A DNA stretch of 64,000 nt, from IMG/VR virus record IMGVR_UViG_3300047548_001122, positions 124,001-188,000 of that record, one strand, 5' to 3'. Shown in pieces: positions 38,134 through 47,151 of the stretch (the stretch's first letter is position 1; the number at the start of each line of letters is the position of its first letter). Made by a program: the position numbers and the translations under genes. The notes beneath the pieces were generated by a model. The model worked only from the letters and a program-made list of their open reading frames with translations. It was not told the DNA's origin and did no database searches.

Positions 38134-39318
38134 ATGGCAGGCAATGCAATAGAAACCGCGAAACAAGAAAACGGATCAAAAGTTTATTTCGAATTAGTAA
38201 TAGAAAACGGAAAAGACCCGGACAAAGATTTTGCTGTTTTAGCGACAGCTGTAAAAAAAGTATATTCTAATGTAAATAATGAGTGGATGGAATCTTATGC
38301 GAAACAGGCACGAGCCTTGAAAGAATATATTGGTAGAAATAAGGGTTATGAGTACTCCCGTGATGATGGGTTTATGCCATTTATTGAAAACATTGCGAAA
38401 CAAAAATGTGGTGTTTCAGTTAAAGATCGTTGGGACCCTGCTGACATTTACATGGTAAAAAAATCCAAAAGAAAAGAAATTGAAGCCAAAATAAAACAGA
38501 TAACATCCACTCCAGATAAAGATACAAACCTATTGGCATTAAATGATTACATGAGAGAACTGATGCAATCTCTTGATATGTTACCAGTTTCATTAAAAGC
38601 TATTAAAAAATCCACAACAAAGGCTAAAGCTGAACCTGCGAACATAGGAGCTAAAGGTAAAAAAGTTTCTTTTGAAGTTGTTCCAGGTTCAGTAAAATGT
38701 TTATTAGATTTTGGACATAAAACTCCAAACGAATTCGATACGGGTGAATTTGCATTTGATTTTAAAGTTGGTGATGAAGAGATTCACGGACAAGCTCGTA
38801 ACTTTCAGTATTCAAAAGCAAGAAACTTAGTTCAAACGGATTTGACACCAAAAGGTCGGTCTGGTGGTGCAAAACTTGGTAAAGTATCTTCTGAAGCATT
38901 AGATACTTTTTTAAAAAAAATTAATTTGCCAAGACCAGCATCTGCTGCCAAAGATCCAAATATTGATTTGCCTGGTGAATGGAAAAAAGAAAATATTGAT
39001 TATTGGATAAAGTATATAGAAAATCTAAAGAGTGAAAAGATTGCTGGCCGACCTATTGATTTAGGTGGACTGAAAGTAAAAAATGGTAATAAAGAAACTG
39101 TGGGTGCAGAAGAAGTAATCAAAAATGCTATTATATCTGAAAATAAAACAAGAAGTTCTGCTGGTCGTTTTTCATCCAAGTTGATTGGATTAAGATGGGC
39201 TTATACATGGGCTTTAATAGAAAAAAAAGGAAAGATGGATGAATGGTTACAAACTTTATATTATGGTGCTAAAAAAGAATTTGGTGGTAAAAACGGACCA
39301 TTTTTAAAAATATACTAA
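38134..39318 (+). CDS. Putative PD-(D/E)XK-like nuclease
   Basis: KDRWDPADIYMV ... PVSLK pattern. Confidence 0.5.
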   Translation: MAGNAIETAKQENGSKVYFELVIENGKDPDKDFAVLATAVKKVYSNVNNEWMESYAKQARALKEYIGRNKGYEYSRDDGFMPFIENIAKQKCGVSVKDRWDPADIYMVKKSKRKEIEAKIKQITSTPDKDTNLLALNDYMRELMQSLDMLPVSLKAIKKSTTKAKAEPANIGAKGKKVSFEVVPGSVKCLLDFGHKTPNEFDTGEFAFDFKVGDEEIHGQARNFQYSKARNLVQTDLTPKGRSGGAKLGKVSSEALDTFLKKINLPRPASAAKDPNIDLPGEWKKENIDYWIKYIENLKSEKIAGRPIDLGGLKVKNGNKETVGAEEVIKNAIISENKTRSSAGRFSSKLIGLRWAYTWALIEKKGKMDEWLQTLYYGAKKEFGGKNGPFLKIY

Positions 39319-39319
39319 T

Positions 39320-40549
39320 ATGAAATTTTTAGACTTTTTAGTAGAAGCCAAAAATGAAGGCGCAAATCTACACCTAGAACATCTAGAAGATAATATATTT
39401 AATTTTGGTGTAAATGGTACTCGACAATCAATTGATTTTTTAAGATCATTAAGAGATATGTTAGCAGGTCATTCACAATCAAAAGTAAATATTACAACAA
39501 AATGGGATGGAGCTCCAGCTGTTATATGTGGAATAAATCCTGAAAACGGAAAGTTTTTTGTTGGAACAAAATCTGTTTTCAACAAAGATGGTAAATTAAA
39601 TTACACCGATGATGATATTGATAAGAATCATCCTGGTGGGGGATTAAATGAGAAATTAAAAATAGCATTGGCCTTTTTACCAAAACTTGGCATCAAAGGT
39701 ATATTACAAGGTGATTTGTTATTTACCAAAGGTGATATACAATCAGAAACAATTGACGGACAAAAATATATAAAGTTTCAACCAAATACTATTGTGTATG
39801 CGGTGCCAACCGATTCAGTTATGGCTAAAAAAATGTTAGCCTCTCAAATGGGAATAGTTTTTCATACTTCTTATTCAGGAAGAACGATAGATACATTGAA
39901 AGCCTCCTTCAATATTGACATTGGAAATTTAACACAAACTAAAGACGTTTGGTTCCGAGATGCTTCTTTTGTTGATGCGTCTGGTACTGCAACATTCACC
40001 GATAAAGAAACTCAAGCAATAACCTCTCTATTATCTCAAGCAGGTAGAGTTTTTCAAACCATAAATCCTGTCGTGTTAAATAGAATATCCTCTGGAATAT
40101 TTAAAGAACAAATTAAGACATTCAATAATACAAAGATTAGATCAGGACAAAAAATAACAAATACTGGCCAACATGTTTCAGAATTAATTAAATATATTGA
40201 AGATAAACTAAACAAAGAAATACTTGTTGCAAAAAAAGAAGATACAAAGAAGAAAAGAATTGCCGAAAAGAATGAAGTGATGAGGTTCTATAGAGGAAGT
40301 GCCAATCAATTAAAATCTGTTTTTGATTTGATGAACTTAATAGTTGATGCTAAGTTAATGATAATAAGAAAATTGGAATCAATCAAATCTTCAGTAGATA
40401 CCTTTGTTAGAACAGAAGATGGTTATAGAGTTACTGGTCCAGAAGGGTTTGTGGCAGTAGATAGAATAAGTGGTGGTGCATTGAAGTTAGTTGATCGACT
40501 AGAATTTAGTCAGACCAACTTTAATGCCGCAAAAAATTGGAGCAAATAA
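39320..40549 (+). CDS. Polynucleotide ligase-like nucleotidyltransferase (DUF6267-like), putative internal protein
   Basis: TKWDG (motif I), QGDLLF (III), PEGFV (IV), KLV (V); MKFLDFLVE N-terminus. Confidence 0.6.
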   Translation: MKFLDFLVEAKNEGANLHLEHLEDNIFNFGVNGTRQSIDFLRSLRDMLAGHSQSKVNITTKWDGAPAVICGINPENGKFFVGTKSVFNKDGKLNYTDDDIDKNHPGGGLNEKLKIALAFLPKLGIKGILQGDLLFTKGDIQSETIDGQKYIKFQPNTIVYAVPTDSVMAKKMLASQMGIVFHTSYSGRTIDTLKASFNIDIGNLTQTKDVWFRDASFVDASGTATFTDKETQAITSLLSQAGRVFQTINPVVLNRISSGIFKEQIKTFNNTKIRSGQKITNTGQHVSELIKYIEDKLNKEILVAKKEDTKKKRIAEKNEVMRFYRGSANQLKSVFDLMNLIVDAKLMIIRKLESIKSSVDTFVRTEDGYRVTGPEGFVAVDRISGGALKLVDRLEFSQTNFNAAKNWSK

Positions 40550-40821
40550 TGGCATACGACTTAAATAAAATATTACAAGAATATGGAGATGATGATTTCG
40601 GTTTCTCCGCTGTTTCTGAAGAAGAGTATAATGCTGTAATCAATGAGAAAGCTGATACAGCGGAAGAGTTTCAAGCAAGATTACAACAAGTTGAGAAATT
40701 AGTTTTACCATTCTTCACAAAACTTTTACAAACATCCGATAAAGAATACATATATTGGCCAAACAGAAAAAAATTAGTTGAAGATCAGATACAAAAGATA
40801 CTTAAATTAACAAGAGGTTAA
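40549..40821 (+). CDS. Hypothetical protein
   Basis: TAATG coupled; DDDFGFSAV, YIYWPNR. Confidence 0.6.
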   Translation: MAYDLNKILQEYGDDDFGFSAVSEEEYNAVINEKADTAEEFQARLQQVEKLVLPFFTKLLQTSDKEYIYWPNRKKLVEDQIQKILKLTRG

Positions 40822-40822
40822 T

Positions 40823-41212
40823 ATGGCATATTCAACTCAAGTATTAGATCATTACGAAAATCCTAGAAACGTAGGTAAATTTGATATAGGTGATGAAAGT
40901 GTTGGCACAGGATTAGTAGGTGCTCCAGCTTGTGGTGACGTTTTGAAATTGCAGATAAAAGTAGAAGATAATATTATCACTGATGCGAAATTTAAAACAT
41001 ATGGTTGCGGTAGTGCTATTGCTTCGTCATCATTAGTAACTGAATGGGTCAAAGGAAAAACACTTGAAGAAGCGGGTGCAATTAAGAACACTGAAATTGC
41101 AGAAGAGTTAGCTCTACCACCAGTAAAGATACATTGTTCAATCTTAGCTGAAGATGCTATTAAAGCAGCAATCAAAGACTATCAAGATAAAAACTTAACA
41201 AAGGCTGCATAA
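40823..41212 (+). CDS. iscU: Fe-S cluster scaffold IscU
   Basis: DHYENPRNVG, GAPACGDV, FKTYGCGSAIASSS, LPPVKIHCS (three Cys + His). Confidence 0.97.
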   Translation: MAYSTQVLDHYENPRNVGKFDIGDESVGTGLVGAPACGDVLKLQIKVEDNIITDAKFKTYGCGSAIASSSLVTEWVKGKTLEEAGAIKNTEIAEELALPPVKIHCSILAEDAIKAAIKDYQDKNLTKAA

Positions 41213-41484
41213 TGTTAAAACAAATAAATGGTCGTTGGGCTTTAGTTTCGAAAAAAACTCAAAGACCTCTTGCCTATTATAAAGGCGAAGGTAAACCATC
41301 GGATGAGTGGGTAAAGAAGCAAGAAGCAAGAATTCAGATGTTCAAATCTATGAATGAACAACAAGAATTTGTTTCAAAGGCAGGCGCAGGAGAATGGGGT
41401 AGACCCGAAACCACAAGAAAATATATAGAAGATACACCAGGACAAAAAGTTCAAAGATTTAAGAAATATATAAAGAATATATAA
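41212..41484 (+). CDS. Hypothetical basic protein
   Basis: TAATG coupled to iscU. Confidence 0.55.
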   Translation: MLKQINGRWALVSKKTQRPLAYYKGEGKPSDEWVKKQEARIQMFKSMNEQQEFVSKAGAGEWGRPETTRKYIEDTPGQKVQRFKKYIKNI

Positions 41485-41503
41485 TTATTTTATGGAGTAG
41501 AGA

Positions 41504-42337
41504 ATGAAAGATTTGATTATAGGATGTTCCACCAACTACGATTGGTCTAAGTTAAAATATTGGATCAATTCTATCAATGCATCAGGATTTGAAGGTGATA
41601 AAATCCTGATTCTAATGAACTGTGATGCTGAAACAGTTAAAAAAATTACAGAAGCAGGTTTCGGTGTAATTGGATTCAATCAAGATGAACAAGGTAATTT
41701 GAGTTATAGTTCTTCAATGCCTGTCCACACCGAAAGATTTTTACACATCTACAATTATTTAAAAGACAGAGACTATCGTTATGTAATCACAACCGATGTT
41801 AAAGATGTTGTCTTTCAAAAAAATCCTATCGAATATCTTGAAGCGGAATGTATTTCTAAAAATCTAATTTTTGCTTCCGAAAGTATCAAGTATAAAGACG
41901 AACCTTGGGGTGACCAAAACCTAAAAGAAACTTTTGGTCCATACATCTACGAACAGTTTAAGAACAATGAAATCTTCAACGTTGGTGTTTTGGCTGGTCA
42001 CGGCTACGCTATTCGTGATTTAGCTTTGAACATTTTTGTCGCTAGTTTAAATCGTCCTATTCCAATTTGTGACCAATCTACGTTTAATTTCCTCATTAGT
42101 CAAAACCCTTACACCTCATTGAGTAAGTATTGTTTCTCTGAAGATGGTTGGGCTGCACAACTAGGAACAACAGGTGATCCATCAAAATCTGCACAATTCG
42201 ATCCTTTGTTACTCGAAGAGAAACCAAAATTTGATGGTAATATTGTAACTACATCAAAAGGTAAAGAATTCTATATTGTACACCAATATGATAGAGTTCC
42301 AGAAATGAAAAAGGTCATTGAGGAAAAATTTGCATGA
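41504..42337 (+). CDS. GT-A-like glycosyltransferase
   Basis: YVITTDVKDVVFQ (DxxD), FNVGVLAG, DQSTFN, HQYDR. Confidence 0.6.
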   Translation: MKDLIIGCSTNYDWSKLKYWINSINASGFEGDKILILMNCDAETVKKITEAGFGVIGFNQDEQGNLSYSSSMPVHTERFLHIYNYLKDRDYRYVITTDVKDVVFQKNPIEYLEAECISKNLIFASESIKYKDEPWGDQNLKETFGPYIYEQFKNNEIFNVGVLAGHGYAIRDLALNIFVASLNRPIPICDQSTFNFLISQNPYTSLSKYCFSEDGWAAQLGTTGDPSKSAQFDPLLLEEKPKFDGNIVTTSKGKEFYIVHQYDRVPEMKKVIEEKFA

Positions 42338-43290
42338 AACGTCTATTGTTTGTAGTTCATCGTTATGCTCCTTATCCTGGCGGTTCTGAAAATTATGTCA
42401 GAGATATGGCCGAAGAATGTGTTCGGAGAGGACATGATGTTTCTGTTTTCACTGGCGAACACAAAGGCGATTTGAATGGAGTAAAAGTTACATCAGACGT
42501 AAATATTCTAGGTCAAAAGTTTGATCTCATTATCGTTCATGGCGGCGACGTTGGCTTACAAAATTTAGTATTGATGAACGCAGAAAGAATACCTTCACCA
42601 ATACTATTCATGATTATAAAACCATCCGAAAGTCCTGTTTATATTCATGCGATGAACACCGTAAAATACCTAGGATGTTCTGCACCAGAGGATTATGAAT
42701 TATTGAAAAAACATAATCACATGAATAAGTGTGTTAGAGTTATTCATGGTATAGATGAAAAGATATCAGTTGGTATGACAGGTTTTAGAGAGAAGTATGG
42801 TATAGAAACAAAATATATGTTTTTATCGTGTGGAGGTTTCTGGCCAAATAAAGCAATGAATGAACTCGCACAAATATTCAATGATATTGGAAGAGATGAT
42901 GCTACGCTAGTATTAACAGGTTATGATAACAGACATAACATTCGTCCAATTGATACGAAATATGTTAAGACATTTATGATAGAAGATAGAGAAGATGTTT
43001 TGTCGGCCATTCGTGATGCAGATTTATACATTATGCATTCCTTCAGTGAAGGGTTTGGTTTAGTTCTTCTAGAGTCTATGTTAAATAAAACTCCTTGGGC
43101 TTCTAGAAAAATTGCTGGTGCTAATTTAATGAGTGAGTTTGGATTTACATACGAAAATGACCATCAACTTAGAGAATATATTTTAGATTTTGATGGTAAT
43201 AAAGATGCACAAATAGAAAATGCATATGAGTATGTAACATTAAATCATATGATAAAAAATACAGTTGATGATATTATGAGGTTAGTATGA
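42334..43290 (+). CDS. GT4 (GT-B) glycosyltransferase
   Basis: YPGGSE, ADLYIMHSFSEGFGLVLLESM (EX7E). Confidence 0.85.
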   Translation: MKRLLFVVHRYAPYPGGSENYVRDMAEECVRRGHDVSVFTGEHKGDLNGVKVTSDVNILGQKFDLIIVHGGDVGLQNLVLMNAERIPSPILFMIIKPSESPVYIHAMNTVKYLGCSAPEDYELLKKHNHMNKCVRVIHGIDEKISVGMTGFREKYGIETKYMFLSCGGFWPNKAMNELAQIFNDIGRDDATLVLTGYDNRHNIRPIDTKYVKTFMIEDREDVLSAIRDADLYIMHSFSEGFGLVLLESMLNKTPWASRKIAGANLMSEFGFTYENDHQLREYILDFDGNKDAQIENAYEYVTLNHMIKNTVDDIMRLV

Positions 43291-43922
43291 ATTTTACTTT
43301 TGGTATTCTTACAAAATACGATGATGAAGAAAAACTAAAAGAAGTTATAGACTCGATACACAATCTAAACATTCCGGAAAATGGTGGTGATTATCAAGTT
43401 TTGGTAATAGGCGAAAAGAAAGTAGAAGGATCAAAATATGAGAGGTACATTTATTTTGATGAAACTGCCAAACCAGCCTGGATAACCAAAAAGAAAAATT
43501 TATTGGCTCGTGCCGCAAATTTTCAAAACATTGTTTTAATGCACGATTACTTTGTTTTTGATAAAGATTGGTATAAAAACTTTTTAGAGTTTGGAAATGA
43601 TTGGGACATTTGTTCTTGTCCACAATATCTAATAAACGGTAAACGACATTTTACCGATTGGGTTTGTTGGGATTCACCTTTATTTCCGAGATATACTTCA
43701 TTACATTATGATGATTGGTCACATGTGAATTACATGTATCAATCTGGCGGTTTCGTTGTTGCAAAAACACAGTTGATTATTGATAATCCATTCAATGAAC
43801 AATTAGGTTGGGGTCAAGCTGACGATGTTGAATGGTCTCTCCGAGTGAGACATAGATACAAGTATGTTTGTAATGGAAAAAGTATAGTGAGACATAATAA
43901 GGTACATCGTGATGCGAAATAA
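43287..43922 (+). CDS. GT-A-like glycosyltransferase
   Basis: ITKKKN..A, IVLMHDY, WGQADDVEWS. Confidence 0.65.
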   Translation: MNFTFGILTKYDDEEKLKEVIDSIHNLNIPENGGDYQVLVIGEKKVEGSKYERYIYFDETAKPAWITKKKNLLARAANFQNIVLMHDYFVFDKDWYKNFLEFGNDWDICSCPQYLINGKRHFTDWVCWDSPLFPRYTSLHYDDWSHVNYMYQSGGFVVAKTQLIIDNPFNEQLGWGQADDVEWSLRVRHRYKYVCNGKSIVRHNKVHRDAK

Positions 43923-45282
43923 ATTAATTATATTTGACTTAGATGGTGTTTTGATTGAATCTAGAGAATTGCATTATCACGCTCTTAATGATGCATTAAG
44001 AAAAGTCGATGAACGTTATGTAATTGACCGAGAAGAACACCTCAGTGTTTATGATGGTTTAAACACCACTAGAAAACTTGAAATGTTGACCGAAAGAAAA
44101 GGTCTGCCTACGAGTTTCTACGATCAAGTATGGCAAGATAAACAGTCAGCAACTTTTGAATTAATCAAACAGTTTCCAAAAAATCCAACCTTAATAGAAT
44201 TTTTCAGTAGTCTAAAATCGCAAGGTATAAAAGTTGCCGTTGCAAGTAACTCTATACGTGAAACGGTAAAGCTTGCTTTAATATCTATAGGTGTGTTAGA
44301 ATATGTAGATTACTTTGTAAGTAATGAGGATGTTAGGAGACCCAAGCCATATCCAGAGATGTATTGGCAATGCATGACCGTTTTAAATGCATTGCCAAAA
44401 ACTACAGTTATCTTTGAAGATAGTCACATTGGTAGAGAGGGTGCTTTAAATTCTGGAGCTCACTTAATTCCATTAAAAGATTCTTTTGATTTGACCAAAG
44501 ACAAAATAGACGATGCGCTTGATATATTAAATGGAATTAAAAAAACAAATATACCATGGAGAAATAAAAAAATGAATGTATTGATACCAATGGCAGGCGC
44601 AGGTAGTAGATTTGCTGCAGCAGGTTATACTTTTCCAAAACCTCTAATCGAAGTTCGTGGAAAACCAATGATTCAGGTTGTTGTGGAAAATCTTAATGTT
44701 GAAGCGCACTTCATTTTCATTGTACAAAAAGAACACTACGAAAAGTATAATCTAAAACAATTGTTGAATCTTATTGCTCCAGGTTGCGACATAATCCAGG
44801 TTGACGGTATAACAGAAGGTGCTGCGTGTACAACATTACTCGCAAAAGAACTTATTAATAACGGTGAACCTCTATTGATGGCAAACTCGGATCAATTTGT
44901 TGAGTGGAATTCCAATGAGTGTTTATATGCATTTACTGCTGATACTATCGATGGTGGTATAGTTACTTTTGAAGCCACGCATCCAAAGTGGTCTTTTGCT
45001 AAATTGGATGAAAATGGTTTTGTTTCAGAAGTTGCGGAGAAAAAACCAATCTCGAATATTGCAACGGTAGGAATATATTATTGGAAACAAGGTAGCGATT
45101 ATGTTAAGTATGCTGAACAGATGATACAGAAAAACATTCGTGTCAATAATGAATTCTATGTTTGTCCAGTATTTAATGAAGCAATTGCCGATGGTAAAAA
45201 GATAAGAACCAAACATATCGAAAGAATGTGGGGAATAGGAACACCAGAAGATTTAAATTACTTTTTGGAGAACCATAAATGA
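43909..45282 (+). CDS. HAD phosphatase fused to sugar nucleotidyltransferase
   Basis: FDLDGVL, VASNS, KPYPE, FEDS; then IPMAGAGSRF...PKPLI, ANSDQ, GTPEDL. Confidence 0.88.
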   Translation: MMRNKLIIFDLDGVLIESRELHYHALNDALRKVDERYVIDREEHLSVYDGLNTTRKLEMLTERKGLPTSFYDQVWQDKQSATFELIKQFPKNPTLIEFFSSLKSQGIKVAVASNSIRETVKLALISIGVLEYVDYFVSNEDVRRPKPYPEMYWQCMTVLNALPKTTVIFEDSHIGREGALNSGAHLIPLKDSFDLTKDKIDDALDILNGIKKTNIPWRNKKMNVLIPMAGAGSRFAAAGYTFPKPLIEVRGKPMIQVVVENLNVEAHFIFIVQKEHYEKYNLKQLLNLIAPGCDIIQVDGITEGAACTTLLAKELINNGEPLLMANSDQFVEWNSNECLYAFTADTIDGGIVTFEATHPKWSFAKLDENGFVSEVAEKKPISNIATVGIYYWKQGSDYVKYAEQMIQKNIRVNNEFYVCPVFNEAIADGKKIRTKHIERMWGIGTPEDLNYFLENHK

Positions 45283-46007
45283 GAGTTGCTGTCGTATTGA
45301 CCGGACACCTAAGGTGCTGGAAACAAGTGTTTCCGAATTTTAAAGAAAAAGTAATTGATCGATATAACCCAGATATATTCATTCATACTTGGGATGAAGA
45401 AGGCTGGTGGATACCTGGTGATAAACAAAATGAAAAAGGTTTCTTTGAGGGTACACCTGAGATTGTAGATCAAGAAGTGATTGATGCTTACAAACCTTTA
45501 TACTTTGTAAAAGAATATTGGGACGATTTTAATCAACACTTCGAACAGTGTGGAACTTATTTTAAAAACTTCGCACACAGACCAAAAAATATACTTTCGA
45601 TGTATTATAAAATGCATCAAGGATTTTCTTTGGTTGAAAAACATCTGGCACAACTACAGGGAAATTATGATCTAGTCATTCGTATGCGACCAGACATGGT
45701 TTTTCATGAGGATCTTCCTGATTTTAATATGGGAACTTTCTATACTATTGCTCACAGAAATCATCTAGGTCAAGGAACTGGAGATTTGATGCAAGTTGGT
45801 AGTGTGGGACAAATGTTATTCTTTACAAAAATTATTTGTTTTATTTCTGAATTATATAAACAAACAGACTTATTATGTCCTCATGTTATAACTGAACAAC
45901 ATATAACAAATTTAAGATTGAACTGGAAAGAATTTAATATCAACAAAACTTTAATGCATACGCCGAAGGGTGCTTATGTAGAAATGGATAAAATAAATGC
46001 TGAATGA
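45279..46007 (+). CDS. Glycosyltransferase-like hypothetical protein
   Basis: VAVVLTGHLR, FIHTWD, YDLVIRMRPD. Confidence 0.55.
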   Translation: MRVAVVLTGHLRCWKQVFPNFKEKVIDRYNPDIFIHTWDEEGWWIPGDKQNEKGFFEGTPEIVDQEVIDAYKPLYFVKEYWDDFNQHFEQCGTYFKNFAHRPKNILSMYYKMHQGFSLVEKHLAQLQGNYDLVIRMRPDMVFHEDLPDFNMGTFYTIAHRNHLGQGTGDLMQVGSVGQMLFFTKIICFISELYKQTDLLCPHVITEQHITNLRLNWKEFNINKTLMHTPKGAYVEMDKINAE

Positions 46008-46671
46008 AATTTTAAAATTAGATGATGGTCCAATTAAGTATGAGCCAAGTGGCCGTGGACATATTAAGATGGTGGGACATTCTGTGCCATACAGTATTAT
46101 GCAAAAAGAATTTGATTTTTTACATAATATCATTGTAGAAAATAATTTACAAAGAGGTTTCGAATTAGCCACAGCATTCGGTATTTCCGGTACAGCAATA
46201 GGCACAGCTTTCAAAAAAACAGGTGGAAAGTTTGTAACCATGGATGCGTATATTGAAGAGAAGTATGATAACGCAGGAACGTATGAACATTTCCAAAAAG
46301 AAGTTTATGAAAAGTCTGATGGATATAAAAGTGTAAATTATCTCATAGATAAATTTGAATTAAGAGATACGATGTTTGCTGAAATTGGTTGGTCTCCAGA
46401 CGATGTTGACAGTATAGTTGGAAAACATTTCACGGAAAAATTAGATTTTGTATTTTTGGATGCTGGACATTTTGGCGACCAGATGATTAAAGATATTAAA
46501 GAAATAAATAAACACTTAGATGAAAAATTTGTTTTTGTGTTCCACGATATTTACCCTTGGAGTTGCACACAAGAAGTTCATAATCTGTGTATAGAATTGT
46601 TTGGAAAAGATATTGATATTAAACTTCCTTATCCGGAAGGAGAAAATTTAGGCATAATTTCATGTTTATAA
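45997..46671 (+). CDS. Class I SAM-dependent methyltransferase (Methyltransf_24-like)
   Basis: FELATAFGISG, DFVFLDAGH, VFHDI. Confidence 0.72.
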   Translation: MLNEILKLDDGPIKYEPSGRGHIKMVGHSVPYSIMQKEFDFLHNIIVENNLQRGFELATAFGISGTAIGTAFKKTGGKFVTMDAYIEEKYDNAGTYEHFQKEVYEKSDGYKSVNYLIDKFELRDTMFAEIGWSPDDVDSIVGKHFTEKLDFVFLDAGHFGDQMIKDIKEINKHLDEKFVFVFHDIYPWSCTQEVHNLCIELFGKDIDIKLPYPEGENLGIISCL

Positions 46672-47126
46672 TTTCACATAGAGCTAATTTAAACGGTCCA
46701 GACCCATCAATCGAAAATAAACCTGAATCAATTGTTCACGCTATCGATCAGGGATTTTCGGTTGAGGTTGATCTTCGAATGAAAGATCAAAAACTATATT
46801 TTGGACATGATGAAGCTCAATATGAAACTGATATTAATTTTTTAAAGAAGTACAAACAATATCTATGGATTCATTGTAAAGAAATGGAAACCATGGAGTT
46901 TTGTCTTGAACAGGCTCTACACTGTTTCTGGCATAACGATGATGATTATACACTGACAAATTACAGATATGTCTGGGCATACCCCGGAAAAGAACCTGTC
47001 GGCAAACTAACGATAATGGTGATGCCAGAAAGGCACTGGAGTCCAGAAGAAACCCTATCAAAAAAACCATTTGGAGTATGCACAGACTACCCTTATGCGT
47101 ATCAAGATATTATAAATAAGAGATAA
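46662..47126 (+). CDS. PLC/GDPD-like phosphodiesterase
   Basis: ISHRAN..G, EN, VEVDL, FGHD, WIHCK, GVCTDY. Confidence 0.7.
   Translation: MFIISHRANLNGPDPSIENKPESIVHAIDQGFSVEVDLRMKDQKLYFGHDEAQYETDINFLKKYKQYLWIHCKEMETMEFCLEQALHCFWHNDDDYTLTNYRYVWAYPGKEPVGKLTIMVMPERHWSPEETLSKKPFGVCTDYPYAYQDIINKR
47111..47118 (+). promoter_or_regulatory. Late promoter TATAAATA for the internal-protein cluster
   Basis: Exact consensus 34 nt upstream of ATG 47152. Confidence 0.8.
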
Positions 47127-47151
47127 AATAACACTGCTGTAGAGGCGGAGA

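Noticed and set aside
47135-47150. Possible RBS hairpin (CTGC/GCGG) before 47152
   Set aside because: Only four pairs including G-U; too weak to call
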